Below, one piece after another: positions 1 through 10,653 of a DNA stretch of 64,000 nt. Position 1 is the first letter of the stretch, and each line of letters opens with the position of its first letter. Location of the stretch: contig DIFN01000081.1 in the NCBI GenBank assembly GCA_002419145.1, positions 10,054-74,053 of the forward strand. Direction: 5' to 3'. Both the position numbers and the translations under genes were made by a program. Below the pieces are notes generated by a model. It made no database searches and had not been told where the DNA came from. It saw only the letters and a program-made list of their open reading frames with translations. The DNA is from Mageeibacillus sp. UBA5747 (GTDB taxonomy: Bacteria; Bacillota; Clostridia; Saccharofermentanales; UBA5734).

Positions 1-408
1 GTTGATGACATAGGAAAAATCCGGGATGACTACATCAATGCCGGGCATGTCTTCGGCGGGGAAGGCAATGCCGCAATCGACAATGATCATTTCATCCCCA
101 TACTCGTAGACAGTCATGTTCTTGCCGATTTCGCGCATGCCGCCCAAGGGGATGACTTTCAGGTGTGGAGCACCTGGTTTCTGGGCCCCCACAGGTTGAT
201 GGCCTGCACCTGGCCGGTGGGCACGAGTCCCGGGAACGGCTGGTTTGGATACACTTTTCTGATGCGGCTGCCCCTGCGGCTGGGTGCTCTTCTTGGCCGG
301 AGGCTGTGCTTTGGCTGTGACGGGTCGCTTGGCCTGAGGCTCAACTTTAAGAGATCCGGGGGCTTTTTGTGCCGGCCGGCTGGGTTTTGGTCTGGAATTT
401 TCGGGCAT
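1..408 (-). CDS. rnj: Ribonuclease J, N-terminal part. The CDS runs off the left edge of the window. ATG at 408.
   Basis: I translated the minus strand by hand. It reads M-PENSRPKPSRPAQKAPGSLKVEPQ...HLKVIPLGGMREIGKNMTVYEYGDEMIIVDCGIAFPAEDMPGIDVVIPDFSYVIN. The last ~50 aa match the RNase J metallo-beta-lactamase N-terminus (IPLGG..EIGKNM..D.G..FP....GID.VIPD). AGGAGG lies ~10 nt upstream of the ATG. It is absent from the ORF track because no stop codon falls in the window. Confidence 0.8.
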   Translation of the reverse strand, partial: MPENSRPKPSRPAQKAPGSLKVEPQAKRPVTAKAQPPAKKSTQPQGQPHQKSVSKPAVPGTRAHRPGAGHQPVGAQKPGAPHLKVIPLGGMREIGKNMTVYEYGDEMIIVDCGIAFPAEDMPGIDVVIPDFSYVIN

Positions 409-503
409 ATCTGTTACGTTTCCTCCTGGAAAATGGATTTTCTTCTGCCCTCATCATAACACGGCTTTTCCGGCTTGGGTATCTTTTTATGTTACGGAGA
501 GTC

Positions 504-532
504 TTGCCAAGGCGAAATCCGCATGATAGAAT
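504..532 (+). promoter_or_regulatory. Candidate sigma-A promoter for rpsT: -35 TTGCCA, 17-nt spacer, extended -10 TGaTAGAAT.
   Basis: TTGCCA at 504-509 and TAGAAT at 527-532 with a 17-nt spacer and TG upstream of the -10. It lies 68 nt upstream of the rpsT ATG. Confidence 0.45.
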
Positions 533-599
533 ACACCCGTGCAAAAACGCGTGCAAAAACGAAACGCAATCATTGCGTCTTCCCGGGAGGTGAAAAGAC

Positions 600-863
600 A
601 TGCCGAATATCAAGTCAGCCATCAAGCGCGTCAAGGTTAACGCCAAAAAGACCGCTGCCAACAAGATCAAAAAAAGCGAGATTCGCACAGCCGTCAAGAA
701 GACCAAAGCCGCTGTGGCCTCTTCTGCGGAAGGTGCTGCCAATATGATCCAATCGACCCAGGCCACACTCGACAAAGCCGCTGCCAAGGGCTACCTGCAC
801 AAGAACACAGCAGCCCGCAAAAAATCCCGCCTGGCCAAGGCCTTGAACAATCTGGGCAAGTAA
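600..863 (+). CDS. rpsT: 30S ribosomal protein S20
   Basis: 87 aa starting MPNIKSAIKRVKVNAKKTAANK and ending in a basic helical tail. This is the typical S20 N-terminus. GGGAGG RBS upstream. Confidence 0.95.
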   Translation: MPNIKSAIKRVKVNAKKTAANKIKKSEIRTAVKKTKAAVASSAEGAANMIQSTQATLDKAAAKGYLHKNTAARKKSRLAKALNNLGK

Positions 864-894
864 GACTGGACCATACACTTGATTTTGACAGGAA

Positions 895-926
895 GGGTAG
901 CTTCATCAGGAAGCGGCCCTTTTTTT
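895..926 (+). terminator. Rho-independent terminator after rpsT
   Basis: GGGTAGCTTC-ATCAG-GAAGCGGCCC forms a ~10 bp stem with one mismatch, followed by TTTTTTT. Confidence 0.6.
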
Positions 927-1029
927 CATGCCGGAAGACAGAACCAGACGATTTTCCCAGCCACGTAAAAAGGGCCAAGGCAAAGACCTCGACCCTTCTG
1001 GCACTGGCTGATTCAAGGATGACGCACCG

Positions 1030-2262
1030 TCAGGCGATGGTGAAGCGGTGGTAGGCTTTCTTGCCTTTGCGGACGATGGCTTCACCCGTGCTGAAATCTT
1101 CGGGTGTCAGCAGGCGGGCGAAGTCGGTGATGGTAACGTCATTAAGGGTGATGCCACCCTGGGAGATGAGACGGCGACCTTCCCCTTTGGAAGGGATCAG
1201 CCCGGCAGTCAGCAAGGCATCGAGCAGGGGGATGCCAGCTGCCAGATCAGCCTTGGCCAAAGCCGTGCTGGCCATCTGCTCCGAACGGCCGCCCTTTTCG
1301 AACAAGTCTTCAGCCTGAGCGCGGGCAGCTGCAGCTGCCTTGGCACCATGAACAATGGTGGTCACTTCCAAAGCCAGTCGTTTTTTGGCTTCGTTGATGG
1401 CGGCATCCTGAAGTTTGGCATACTCGTCGATTTCTGGCAACGGCAGGAAAGTCAGGAGTTTGAGACAATTGATGACGTCAGCATCATCGATGTTGCGCCA
1501 GTACTGGTAGAATTCGTATGGACTGGTCTTGGCCGGATCGAGCCAGACGGCACCCTTGGCAGTTTTGCCCATTTTGGTCCCCGCGCTGGTGGTCAACAGG
1601 CGGAAGGTCATGCCAAAAGCCGCGCTCTGGTCTTTGCGGCGGATCAGGTCGACACCACCGAGGATGTTGGACCATTGGTCGTCCCCGCCCAGTTGTATCT
1701 GGCATTGGTACTGGCGGTGCAGGACCAGGAAATCGTACGACTGCATCAGCATGTAGTTGAATTCGAGAAAAGTCAGGCCCTGCTCCATGCGGTTGCGGTA
1801 GCAATCAGCCGTCAGCATGCGGTTGACGGAAAAATGAGGACCGATGTCACGCAGGAAATCAATATAATTGAGCTTCAAAAGCCAGTCGGCGTTGTTGATC
1901 ATCAGAGCCTTGCCATCTGAAAAATCGATCAGGATTTTCATCTGCTCCTTGAAGCGGTCGCCATTGTGCTGGATTGTTTCTGGGGTCATGATCTGGCGCA
2001 AGTCCGAGCGACCGGAGGGATCGCCAATCATGGCTGTGCCACCGCCGATCAGGGCGATCGGGCGATGACCGGCCTGTTGCATGTGGGCCATGACCATCAT
2101 CTGGACAAAATGGCCGACATGGAGGCTGTCCGCAGTCGGATCAAAGCCAATGTAAAACGTAACCCCCGGCTGGCCCAGCAATTCGCGGACTTCCGTCTCA
2201 TGCGTGACCTGGGCCAGGTAGCCACGGTCCTTGAGCAGATCATAGACATTCTGGTTTGACAT
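1030..2262 (-). CDS. tyrS: Tyrosine--tRNA ligase
   Basis: HVGH (HIGH) and KMGKT (KMSKS) motifs, a C-terminal S4-like domain, and an N-terminus [20 protein letters not shown]. The second ATG (2262) is preferred over 2271 on RBS spacing. Confidence 0.93.
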   Translation of the reverse strand: MSNQNVYDLLKDRGYLAQVTHETEVRELLGQPGVTFYIGFDPTADSLHVGHFVQMMVMAHMQQAGHRPIALIGGGTAMIGDPSGRSDLRQIMTPETIQHNGDRFKEQMKILIDFSDGKALMINNADWLLKLNYIDFLRDIGPHFSVNRMLTADCYRNRMEQGLTFLEFNYMLMQSYDFLVLHRQYQCQIQLGGDDQWSNILGGVDLIRRKDQSAAFGMTFRLLTTSAGTKMGKTAKGAVWLDPAKTSPYEFYQYWRNIDDADVINCLKLLTFLPLPEIDEYAKLQDAAINEAKKRLALEVTTIVHGAKAAAAARAQAEDLFEKGGRSEQMASTALAKADLAAGIPLLDALLTAGLIPSKGEGRRLISQGGITLNDVTITDFARLLTPEDFSTGEAIVRKGKKAYHRFTIA

Positions 2263-2336
2263 GGGGAACACTCTCTTTCTGAAACGAATCTTGCCCGTTA
2301 GGGCCTGGAATGGATGGGTCAGGGTCCTTGTGGATT

Positions 2337-3608
2337 TTAACGAATGACAACGGGCCTGTCAAAATCTGCTCCGGCATTCGATCCGTTCAGGATCGACCAG
2401 AGGTCGGTTCCGGCCAGGTCAAACTGGGCTTGGTGTTGAAGATTGGCATCCCTGGCGTGTTCATGAAAGTCGGAGCCACGGGTGATGATCGGTAAACTGG
2501 CTTTCTGCCGCATTAACTTCAACAGGTAACGCCCATTCTTGTCGAATCCGAGGACCCGGATGTAGGCAGGCCCTCCTGCCGCATCGAATTGTTCCAGATC
2601 AGACACGGTGAGGTTCAGGAGCAGGTGCAGCAGGGCGCGCTGCACCCTGGTTCGCGGCAGACGCCGGCTCATGGCTTCTTCGACCAGCTGGCTGATCCGT
2701 GCAGACTGTGAGGCCTCATGAGCGGGGCGGCGGGCGAATTCGTGCAGGCGCTGAGCCAGGCCTTCCCCCATGCCCGGGTAGACCAGAAGGCTTTCCGGAC
2801 TGCGAGTCCGCAGCAGGGTCAGGATGGGGACAGATAGATCGTCGTATAAGACCAGGCCTTTCTGACCAGCGACCGTTTCCAGAAGAATACCCAGCGCCTC
2901 AGGCGGCATGGCGTGAGCCAGATTCTGGAGCAAGGCTGCCGGATTGTCCCTGCTTTGGGCTATGACCTGCCGGACAGCGGTGGCGCTGGCAAAGCGGGAT
3001 GCCAAGGAAAGATCAAGATACCCCTGGCCCTGCCGCTGGAAAGTGACAGGTTCAAGGCGTTTGGGGGCGGGCAGGCGCATGTTGGCTTTCAAATACTCAA
3101 CAGCCAGGATGTTATTGGAACTTTTGAGCAAAGCTGCCTTGCGTTCATCATCGAGCAGCTGGGCCACTGCCTGCTGACGCGCCGCAGCAAAGGAGAGGCC
3201 GGTATCGAGATGTTCCTGCAGGGCTGCTTGAAAGGCCGGCGTCTCGCTGACTAAAACCCGGGCCAGATCGACCAGATCGGGCAATGTACCATGTTCGCTG
3301 CCAAAGACCAGCGTTTTCGTGATGCCTGTGGCAGCCAGAACCTGCACACCGCCGGCAGCAAAGCGTTCGGCGCTGGCAGTGGCATAGGGCAAGGGTAGTT
3401 CCAGGACAAGGCTCGCCCCACAGGCCAGAGCCATCCGAGCCCGGGCCCATTTATCGAGCACAGCCGGCTCGCCCCGCTGCGTAAAAGATCCGCTCATGAC
3501 CACAACAATCGCCGTGTCTTTGCCAAAGGTCTCTTTGACCTTTTGCAGCTGCCAGGCATGGCCGTTGTGCAGAGGATTGTATTCCACAATGATTCCAGCA
3601 GTTTTCAT
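2337..3608 (-). CDS. tmcAL: tRNA(Met) cytidine acetate ligase (YlbM/TmcAL-family nucleotidyltransferase)
   Basis: N-terminus [21 protein letters not shown]...[15 protein letters not shown]. This is the HxGH-type nucleotidyltransferase signature typical of the UPF0348/YlbM family. Confidence 0.8.
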   Translation of the reverse strand: MKTAGIIVEYNPLHNGHAWQLQKVKETFGKDTAIVVVMSGSFTQRGEPAVLDKWARARMALACGASLVLELPLPYATASAERFAAGGVQVLAATGITKTLVFGSEHGTLPDLVDLARVLVSETPAFQAALQEHLDTGLSFAAARQQAVAQLLDDERKAALLKSSNNILAVEYLKANMRLPAPKRLEPVTFQRQGQGYLDLSLASRFASATAVRQVIAQSRDNPAALLQNLAHAMPPEALGILLETVAGQKGLVLYDDLSVPILTLLRTRSPESLLVYPGMGEGLAQRLHEFARRPAHEASQSARISQLVEEAMSRRLPRTRVQRALLHLLLNLTVSDLEQFDAAGGPAYIRVLGFDKNGRYLLKLMRQKASLPIITRGSDFHEHARDANLQHQAQFDLAGTDLWSILNGSNAGADFDRPVVIR

Positions 3609-3656
3609 GAGGTCGATTATAGCAGTGGCAAGGTGATTCTGCTATGATGACGGCAT

Positions 3657-4982
3657 ATGGCAACAATTGGTGCAAACAATCGCCCCCGCAAGGTCAGATG
3701 GCTGCTTGGCTTTGGGATCCTGCTGCTGGTAGCAGGGGTAGCCCTGCTGTGGTTGCGTGATACAGCACCTGCCGCACGCCCTTTTGCGGTGCCTGGGTCG
3801 CAAGACTCGTCCCCTTTCGCGGCGTATCTTGATGACAAGGGCGCTCAAACCCTTTCAGACCGCCTGAATACCCAATTGATGACCAGCTCTGGCTTGGTAT
3901 CCTGGTACCAGCAAGCTCAGGAAGAACTCGGAATTCCGGCCCAGTGGTCGCACAAACTGATTGCGCAAGATCAATTGCTGTATGGTTCCTGGCTGGCTGA
4001 GCGAGGGGAGCAGAGGTCATTTGCCCAGTGGAACGAGCAATTCCGAGCCGGTTTCATCAGTCCGGACGGTCTTGTTTATGCCGAAAGAACGCTGACCCCG
4101 GAGAGTGTGCCTGAAAAGTTGTCCGAGCCAGGATCGGTCGTTGAACTGGAACCTGTTGCTGATGAAATGGTTTCCTGGTCTGATTCACTGCATTATTTCC
4201 GCGTATTGGCCCTGGCCTATGATCATTGGCCCCAAGATGAACTGGATCTTCAAGAAAAAGCGCTGGCTGCAAACGTGGCCCGGGTGCTTGGCACAAACCT
4301 GGAGCCGGACCAAGTTGTTGCTATTCCTACTTCAGCTCCAACAATGGATCCTGCTGCCACTCCGACCCCTCGCCCGCAATCGACCGTTGAATCAGCAGAT
4401 GCAGGCTTTGCCCGCGATCCGGTGATCCGGCTGGCTTCCCTGGACTTGCTGGCTCTGCGCGCCCTGGCGGACCTGGAGCCGGACTTGGCCAACCGGTATG
4501 CGGAAGCTGTCGCACTGGTCCGCGGCGGACTGATCAGTGATTCCCTGCCTTTGTATGCCTATGGCTATGCCACTCTGCAGCAAGGCTATGTTCGTTTTGT
4601 CAGCACAGCCCCCGTGGTTGATCTGGCGGATTCGCTCACCTGCGCCCTGCACCTGGCTGAAATTGGCGAGCTCGACCCACGCACCCTGAGCTGGCTCGTC
4701 GAACAACTGCTCAACGATCATGCCCTGTATGCCTCTTATCACATCGCCCAAGGGCAAGCCAGCACGGCGCAAGAATCCCTGGACGGCCTGGCCTTGACAG
4801 CTCGCATCGCCCGGATTGCCAACCACGAGCAGCTGTACAGGAAAGCCGTTGACCGCCTTCAGTGGCACCGAGCTACCAGTCCGACCAGTTCGGTCCTGGA
4901 CGCTGTTTTTCGCCAGGATAGCCAGGGTATTGTCACGATCACTGCCCGCGACAATCTCCTGGCCTTACTGGCACTGTCGTGA
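3657..4982 (+). CDS. Hypothetical membrane-anchored protein (single N-terminal TM, 441 aa)
   Basis: Long ORF with genome-typical composition. An N-terminal basic stretch is followed by a hydrophobic helix (WLLGFGILLLVAGVALLWL). I recognise no family motif. Confidence 0.6.
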   Translation: MATIGANNRPRKVRWLLGFGILLLVAGVALLWLRDTAPAARPFAVPGSQDSSPFAAYLDDKGAQTLSDRLNTQLMTSSGLVSWYQQAQEELGIPAQWSHKLIAQDQLLYGSWLAERGEQRSFAQWNEQFRAGFISPDGLVYAERTLTPESVPEKLSEPGSVVELEPVADEMVSWSDSLHYFRVLALAYDHWPQDELDLQEKALAANVARVLGTNLEPDQVVAIPTSAPTMDPAATPTPRPQSTVESADAGFARDPVIRLASLDLLALRALADLEPDLANRYAEAVALVRGGLISDSLPLYAYGYATLQQGYVRFVSTAPVVDLADSLTCALHLAEIGELDPRTLSWLVEQLLNDHALYASYHIAQGQASTAQESLDGLALTARIARIANHEQLYRKAVDRLQWHRATSPTSSVLDAVFRQDSQGIVTITARDNLLALLALS

Positions 4983-5156
4983 AAAATCCCGCAAAACCTG
5001 GCTTTTTTCTTACTTAGCCGGGCTCATGGCGGTTGGCAGTCCCTAGCCTTTCGGCTATACTGGAGTGTGTTCTCAAAGAACAAGCTGACCGTCTGGTTGC
5101 CAGCACAATCCGGCCGACCGCAGCTTGGACCGGTTAAAAAAAGAGGAGTATCTATC

Positions 5157-6149
5157 ATGGGTTTCATTGACAAGATCTTTGACCAAGCCAGAAGTGACAA
5201 AAAGACCATTGTATTGCCGGAAGCATCGGACCCGCGGACCATCGAAGCTTGCGCCAAGATATTGGAAAAGGGCATTGCAAACATCGTCCTGATCGGTGAT
5301 CCGGCGAAGGTGAAGGCCGTCGCGCCGCAGTGGGACATTTCTGGTGCCACCATTATCGATCCGGCAACCAGCAAAGATTTTACGGCCTATGCCGATGCAT
5401 ACTATGAGATGCGCAAGTCCAAAGGTATGACACCGGAACAGGCGCAGCAGACCATGCTTGATCCACTCTTTTTTGGTGTCATGATGGTTAAGATGCAGGC
5501 TGCTGATGGCATGGTCGCCGGCGCAATCAACTCCACCGCCAACACCCTGCGCCCGGCCCTGCAGATCCTCAAGACCGCTCCCGGCACTAAACTGGTCTCC
5601 TCGTTTTTCATCATGGATGTACCGGATTGTGAATTCGGAGCCGACGGCCTGTTCCTGTTCTCGGATGCCGGCCTGATGGAAAACCCCGACGCCGACCAGC
5701 TTTCCGAAATCGCTCTGTCCTCAGCCAAATCCTTCAGAACTTTGACCGGGATTGAACCAATCGTAGCCATGCTTTCCTACTCGACCTACGGTTCGGCCAA
5801 GAATCCACTGGTCGACAAGGTAGTCGAAGCCACCCGCCTGGCCAAGGAAAAGGCACCCGACCTGGCCCTGGATGGCGAACTGCAGCTCGATGCCGCCATC
5901 GTCCCTTCCGTCGGCAAGAGCAAAGCCCCGCAGAGCCCGGTCGCCGGCAAAGCCAATGTCCTGATTTTCCCTGATCTCAATGCTGGCAATATCGGCTACA
6001 AACTGGTCCAGCGCCTGGCCAAGGCCGAGGCCTACGGCCCGGTCACCCAGGGTATCGCCCGCCCTGTCAACGATCTCTCCCGCGGCTGCTCTGCTGACGA
6101 CATTGTCGGCGTCGTCGCCATCACAGCCGTCCAGGCTCAGGAGGCTTAA
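5157..6149 (+). CDS. pta: Phosphate acetyltransferase
   Basis: MGFIDKIFDQARSDKKTIVLPEASDPRTIEA... and the C-terminal SRGCSADDIV motif region. An AAGAGGAG RBS precedes the ATG at 5157. The upstream extension to 5067 is rejected. Confidence 0.93.
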   Translation: MGFIDKIFDQARSDKKTIVLPEASDPRTIEACAKILEKGIANIVLIGDPAKVKAVAPQWDISGATIIDPATSKDFTAYADAYYEMRKSKGMTPEQAQQTMLDPLFFGVMMVKMQAADGMVAGAINSTANTLRPALQILKTAPGTKLVSSFFIMDVPDCEFGADGLFLFSDAGLMENPDADQLSEIALSSAKSFRTLTGIEPIVAMLSYSTYGSAKNPLVDKVVEATRLAKEKAPDLALDGELQLDAAIVPSVGKSKAPQSPVAGKANVLIFPDLNAGNIGYKLVQRLAKAEAYGPVTQGIARPVNDLSRGCSADDIVGVVAITAVQAQEA

Positions 6150-6152
6150 GCC

Positions 6153-7358
6153 ATGAATGTACTTGTCATCAATGCCGGCAGTTCTTCCCTCAAATACCAG
6201 CTCCTCGACGCACTGAATGGTGATGTCCTGGCCAAGGGCGGCGCCGAGCGCATCGGCCTGGACCATGCCCTGATTAAGCACACCAGCAAAGGCTGCGACA
6301 CCGTTACACTGCCGATGGACTTGCCCAATCACAAGGTCGCCGTCCAAGCGGTCTTGTCTGTGCTCACCTCCGAGGAGCACGGCATCATCAAGGGCATGGA
6401 CGAAATCGACGCCGTCGGCCATCGTGTCGTCCATGGCGGCGAGAAATTCGCATCCTCAGCCCTGATCACCCCGGAAGTCAAGCGGGCGATCCGTTCCTGC
6501 TTCGACCTCGCCCCGCTGCACAATCCGCCGAACATGACCGGTATCGAAGCCTGTGAAGAAGCCATGCCGGGCGTGCCCCAGGTGGCTGTGTTCGACACCG
6601 CTTTCCACCAGACCATGCCAGCCAAGGCCTACATGTATGCCCTGCCCTACGAAATGTATGAAAAACATGGCGTCCGCAAATACGGCTTCCATGGTACGTC
6701 ACACGGTTATGTCGCCCGCCGCGCCGCTGAGATGATGGGCAAACCCTACGAGTCTGTCAACATCATCACCTGCCATTTGGGCAACGGTTCTTCCATCGCC
6801 GCGATTGAGAAGGGCAAGTGCGTCGACACCACCATGGGTCTGACGCCTCTGTCCGGTATCTGCATGGGTACCCGCAGCGGCGATATCGACCCGGCGATTG
6901 TGACCTTCCTGATGGAAAAAGAAAAGCTTGACACCAAGGGTATCGACAACCTGATGAACAAGCAATCAGGTGTGCTCGGCATTTCTGGCGTCAGCAGCGA
7001 TTTCCGCGACCTGTACGCAGCAGCCGGTGAGGGTAACAAGCGGGCCCGCCTGGCACTCGATATTTTTAAGTATCAGTGCCGCAAGTACATCGGCATGTAT
7101 GCAGCTGCCATGGGTGGCGTCGATGCCGTCGTCTTCACGGCTGGCATCGGTGAAAACACCGCCGATATCCGCCAGGGTGCTTGCGAAGGCCTGACCTACA
7201 TGGGCTGCGAGATCGACCCCTATCGCAACGCCTCAGTCCGTGGCCGCGAGGCCGTTGTCTCGACCGATGAGTCTAAGGTCAAAGTCCTGGTGGTCCCGAC
7301 CAACGAAGAACTGGCTATCGCCCGCGAAACAGCCCGGATCTGCGGCTTCTCAATCTGA
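6153..7358 (+). CDS. ackA: Acetate kinase
   Basis: [17 protein letters not shown]..., HRVVHGG and GFHGTSH motifs. It starts 4 nt after pta. Confidence 0.95.
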   Translation: MNVLVINAGSSSLKYQLLDALNGDVLAKGGAERIGLDHALIKHTSKGCDTVTLPMDLPNHKVAVQAVLSVLTSEEHGIIKGMDEIDAVGHRVVHGGEKFASSALITPEVKRAIRSCFDLAPLHNPPNMTGIEACEEAMPGVPQVAVFDTAFHQTMPAKAYMYALPYEMYEKHGVRKYGFHGTSHGYVARRAAEMMGKPYESVNIITCHLGNGSSIAAIEKGKCVDTTMGLTPLSGICMGTRSGDIDPAIVTFLMEKEKLDTKGIDNLMNKQSGVLGISGVSSDFRDLYAAAGEGNKRARLALDIFKYQCRKYIGMYAAAMGGVDAVVFTAGIGENTADIRQGACEGLTYMGCEIDPYRNASVRGREAVVSTDESKVKVLVVPTNEELAIARETARICGFSI

Positions 7359-7468
7359 GATTTGCCCGCTTCAGACCATCCTCTGTCCACCTGAGGCTGC
7401 CACCGATCCGTTCGGGGCAGCCTCTGACAATCCCACACCTATTGACAGCCCAAAGGAGAAAGAGCCTC

Positions 7469-8905
7469 ATGGCCAAACAAGACAAGCAAGTTGAAGCCAT
7501 CACTGCGATGGACCAGGATTTCGCCCAATGGTATACCGATGTCGTCCTCAAGGCAGAGCTGACTGATTATTCTTCGGTCAAAGGCTGCATGATCCTGCGC
7601 CCCTACGGCTATGCCATCTGGGAAAACATCATGCACAACCTGGACCGGATGTTCAAAAAAACTGGCCATGAAAACGTGGCCATGCCGATGTTCATCCCGG
7701 AAAGCCTTCTGCAGAAGGAGAAGGATCACGTCGAGGGCTTTGCCCCGGAGGTCGCCTGGGTGACCCATGGCGGCAACGACAAACTGACCGAGCGACTCTG
7801 CGTCCGGCCGACTTCTGAAACTTTGTTCTGTGACCATTATGCCAATGTGATTCAATCCTGGCGTGACTTGCCCAAGCTATACAATCAATGGGTCTCAGTT
7901 GTCCGCTGGGAGAAGACCACCCGGCCGTTCCTGCGCACAACCGAGTTTTACTGGCAGGAGGGCCACACGGCCCATGCCACGGCAGAAGAAGCCCAGGAAG
8001 AAACCCTGCGCATGCTTGAAACCTATGCAACCTTCTACCGTGACTATCTGGCGATTCCTGTGGTCCGCGGTCAGAAAACGGACAAGGAGAAATTTGCCGG
8101 CGCTGTATCCACCTATACCGTCGAAGCCATGATGCATGATGGCAAGGCCCTGCAATCCGCCACCAGCCATTATTTTGGCGATGGCTTTGCCAAGGCTTTT
8201 GGCATCCAGTTCACGGACAAAAACAACCAACTGTCCTATGTCCACCAGACCTCCTGGGGCTTGTCGACTCGCTCGATCGGGGCAATCATCATGGTCCACG
8301 GTGACGACAGTGGCCTCGTCCTGCCACCTCGCATCGCACCGATCCAGGTAGTGATTGTGCCGATCGCCGCCCACAAGCCTGGTGTGCTCGACAAAGCCCG
8401 CGAACTTGCTGCCAATCTCGGCGAACAGTTCCGGATCAAACTCGATGAATCTGACAAGATGCCCGGCTGGAAATTTGCCGAGTATGAAATGAAGGGTGTG
8501 CCGCTGCGCCTCGAAATTGGTCCGCGCGACCTGGAAAACAACCAGTGTGTCGCTGTCCGGCGTGACAATGGCGAGAAAAGCGTCGTGTCGCTCGACCATC
8601 TGGACCAAACGGTGGCGCAATTGCTCGATGCTGTCCATGCTGGTCTCTACACCAAGGCTGAGCAGAGCCTCAATTCCCGGATTTATGACGCGGCCGACTG
8701 GGAGACATTCACCAGTCTGATCGCCCAAAAGCCCGGCTTTGTCCGTGCCATGTGGTGTGGCGATCTCGCCTGCGAACAGAAAATCAAGGAAGAAACGACC
8801 GCGACTTCGCGCTGCCTGCCTTTCGGCCATGAATCCACAGGCGCTACCTGCGTCTGCTGCGGCAAACCGGCCGAAAAGCTGGTCCTTTGGGGCAAAGCAT
8901 ACTGA
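7469..8905 (+). CDS. proS: Proline--tRNA ligase (archaeal/eukaryote-like short form with a C-terminal Zn-binding domain)
   Basis: [35 protein letters not shown], class II core motifs and a C-terminal CxxC. The ATG at 7469 follows an AAGGAG RBS. Confidence 0.92.
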   Translation: MAKQDKQVEAITAMDQDFAQWYTDVVLKAELTDYSSVKGCMILRPYGYAIWENIMHNLDRMFKKTGHENVAMPMFIPESLLQKEKDHVEGFAPEVAWVTHGGNDKLTERLCVRPTSETLFCDHYANVIQSWRDLPKLYNQWVSVVRWEKTTRPFLRTTEFYWQEGHTAHATAEEAQEETLRMLETYATFYRDYLAIPVVRGQKTDKEKFAGAVSTYTVEAMMHDGKALQSATSHYFGDGFAKAFGIQFTDKNNQLSYVHQTSWGLSTRSIGAIIMVHGDDSGLVLPPRIAPIQVVIVPIAAHKPGVLDKARELAANLGEQFRIKLDESDKMPGWKFAEYEMKGVPLRLEIGPRDLENNQCVAVRRDNGEKSVVSLDHLDQTVAQLLDAVHAGLYTKAEQSLNSRIYDAADWETFTSLIAQKPGFVRAMWCGDLACEQKIKEETTATSRCLPFGHESTGATCVCCGKPAEKLVLWGKAY

Positions 8906-8939
8906 GAAATACACTTGCGCCAGCGCGATCCATGCTTGA

Positions 8940-10004
8940 TCACTCGTTGTTGTTGCCAGGCAGGTCCGGGATGGAACCAGGTAAGACCAAATCATAGTCC
9001 GGCTCGATCTGGAAAGTCCTGCCAGCCAGTCGAGCGAGGCTGCCGGGCTTGATATCTGGCGCAAATGACAGCTGGCAGGCAACAAGCTGCTGGCGTGACA
9101 GTGGGCCTTGGTCTCCCTTGAAAAACCGGTTATAGGCATTGCGCCCGTATTTACCGTCGCCCAGGAGAGGATGGCCGATATGAGCCATGTGAGCCCGGAT
9201 CTGGTGTGTCCGTCCGGTGACCAGCTCCACCTCAAGTTCACAAACCGTCTCACCTTCCGGACCCAATCCCAAGAACCGACGCAAAACCCGGTAGCGGGTG
9301 ATGACAGGTACATCGCCCGGTCTTTTGTCATCGTGGATGTAGACCTCATGCTGACGGGCCCGCTTTTCCAGAAAGGCTTCAATCTGGAAAAACTCGATGC
9401 CGTCGGCCGTCCGGATCTTTTGGCCAGCCTGCGGTTCGCCCCTGACCAGGCAACGATACCGTTTTGTGATTTTGCCCAGTTGCATCTGCTCCATGACCGC
9501 GTTCTGGATGTCCCTGCCCCGGGCCAGGATGATCAAGCCCCCTGTATTGCGGTCAAGGCGATGACACAAGACCAGCCTCGGATCCTTGAAGTCAGATCTG
9601 ACTCTGTCGATCAGGGTATCTTCATCTGCCTCTTGGGCTTTGGCTGTGCCATGCACAGCGATCCCGGCCATTTTGTTGAGAATGAGCAGAGCATCGTCCT
9701 GATACACGACTTGGTAAGCAAGTGAGCGGTCTGATGACGCAACCTCGCTCGAGCTGCGCCGTCCATCCTCTTGACTGGCCTGTTCAGAGTTCAACTGCTC
9801 AGGCAGATACAAATCGATCACATCTCCGGCGGCAATAGCCTGGTCCGCCTGGATCCTGCGCCCGTTGAGCCGTACATCTCTACGGCGCAGCGCTTTGTAC
9901 ACCTGCCCCGATTTCAGTCCCGGCACCGCTCCGGTCAGGGCAGGGATGACACGATGGGCTGCCAGTTGTGTGGTAATGACAATCTGGTGGTGAATCAAGG
10001 GCAA
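8940..10004 (-). CDS. RluA-family 23S rRNA/tRNA pseudouridine synthase with an N-terminal S4 domain
   Basis: HRLDRNTGGLIILA catalytic-Asp motif, an S4-like segment (ALRRRDVRLNGRRIQADQAIAAGDVI) and a THQIRAH motif. Confidence 0.9.
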   Translation of the reverse strand: MPLIHHQIVITTQLAAHRVIPALTGAVPGLKSGQVYKALRRRDVRLNGRRIQADQAIAAGDVIDLYLPEQLNSEQASQEDGRRSSSEVASSDRSLAYQVVYQDDALLILNKMAGIAVHGTAKAQEADEDTLIDRVRSDFKDPRLVLCHRLDRNTGGLIILARGRDIQNAVMEQMQLGKITKRYRCLVRGEPQAGQKIRTADGIEFFQIEAFLEKRARQHEVYIHDDKRPGDVPVITRYRVLRRFLGLGPEGETVCELEVELVTGRTHQIRAHMAHIGHPLLGDGKYGRNAYNRFFKGDQGPLSRQQLVACQLSFAPDIKPGSLARLAGRTFQIEPDYDLVLPGSIPDLPGNNNE

Positions 10005-10426
10005 TCCTTATCTTTAAAGATCCAGTCCAGCATCCATTCGGCCAGACCTGCTGCGACCAGCACCAACCAGGCCAGAGACCAGCCACCAGCCAGCCCCCAG
10101 AGCAGGAAAACCACGATAGCGCCCAGCCAGAGCACCAGACGCACGATTTCACACGGCATCGTCCGGTGAGAGCGAACGGCAATCGACTCCGGTACAGCCC
10201 GGCCAGCAACAAGCCGCCGGCGCTGCCAGAAAGCCGCCGCGACTGCCGGCAGGAAAATGATGAGGGGCAGCAAGGCCACGCGCCAGCTGGCGCTGATTGC
10301 GGTAGAAAGGACAGCCACCAGCCCGGCAACCGCCAGCACCAGCCCGGCGATGGTCCAAAGCCGCGCCGCATTGGCCAGGATGAAAGGGTCAATGGAATCA
10401 GGCGAAAGACGACGAGCCATGAGCAT
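9995..10426 (-). CDS. Small hypothetical integral membrane protein (143 aa, ~4 TM)
   Basis: The ORF has four hydrophobic segments and overlaps the downstream pseudouridine synthase start by 10 nt. No family recognised. A competing 186-aa ORF in another frame looks non-coding (Cys/Trp/Arg-rich). Confidence 0.5.
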   Translation of the reverse strand: MLMARRLSPDSIDPFILANAARLWTIAGLVLAVAGLVAVLSTAISASWRVALLPLIIFLPAVAAAFWQRRRLVAGRAVPESIAVRSHRTMPCEIVRLVLWLGAIVVFLLWGLAGGWSLAWLVLVAAGLAEWMLDWIFKDKDCP

Positions 10427-10545
10427 GTGATCCTTGTCATGTAATTTTGACGCTATTATACCGCTGACAGACAGTTTTATCCATTTTCCTGTTTTCTGAC
10501 TGCCAGGGGAGAAAATTGCACGATGCGCGACCCTGATTTCACGCC

Positions 10546-10574
10546 TTGACCACCATAAGTCTCTGGGCTAAACT
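10546..10574 (+). promoter_or_regulatory. Candidate promoter for ddl-murI: TTGACC, 17-nt spacer, TAAACT
   Basis: TTGACC at 10546-10551 and TAAACT at 10569-10574 with a 17-nt spacer, 80 nt upstream of the ddl ATG. Confidence 0.35.
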
Positions 10575-10653
10575 GAATCGGATGTGGGCCCGGCAGCTGA
10601 ATGGCCTGTTCCGGCTGTCCCAGGTGCCGGTGATCGTGAGGTATGTCGTACAG

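Noticed and set aside
2272-2336. T-box riboswitch upstream of tyrS (and similarly 7359..7468 upstream of proS)
   Set aside because: Only ~65 nt and ~110 nt are available, far less than the ~200+ nt of a T-box leader. I saw no T-box consensus (AANNNGGGTGGNACCGCG-like) sequence.
5067-5156. 30-aa N-terminal extension of pta (and similar track extensions of ddl, der, rimP, nusA, mscL, the nitroreductase gene and the sugar-cluster genes)
   Set aside because: In each case an internal ATG with a well-spaced Shine-Dalgarno sequence coincides with the conserved family N-terminus, and the extension has non-protein-like composition.
7895-9382. 495-aa ORF on the minus strand, opposite proS and part of the pseudouridine synthase gene
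   Set aside because: It lies antisense to a gene with unambiguous ProRS motifs. Its translation is Arg/Gly/Ala/Cys-rich with no recognisable motif. Long shadow ORFs of this kind are expected at this GC content.
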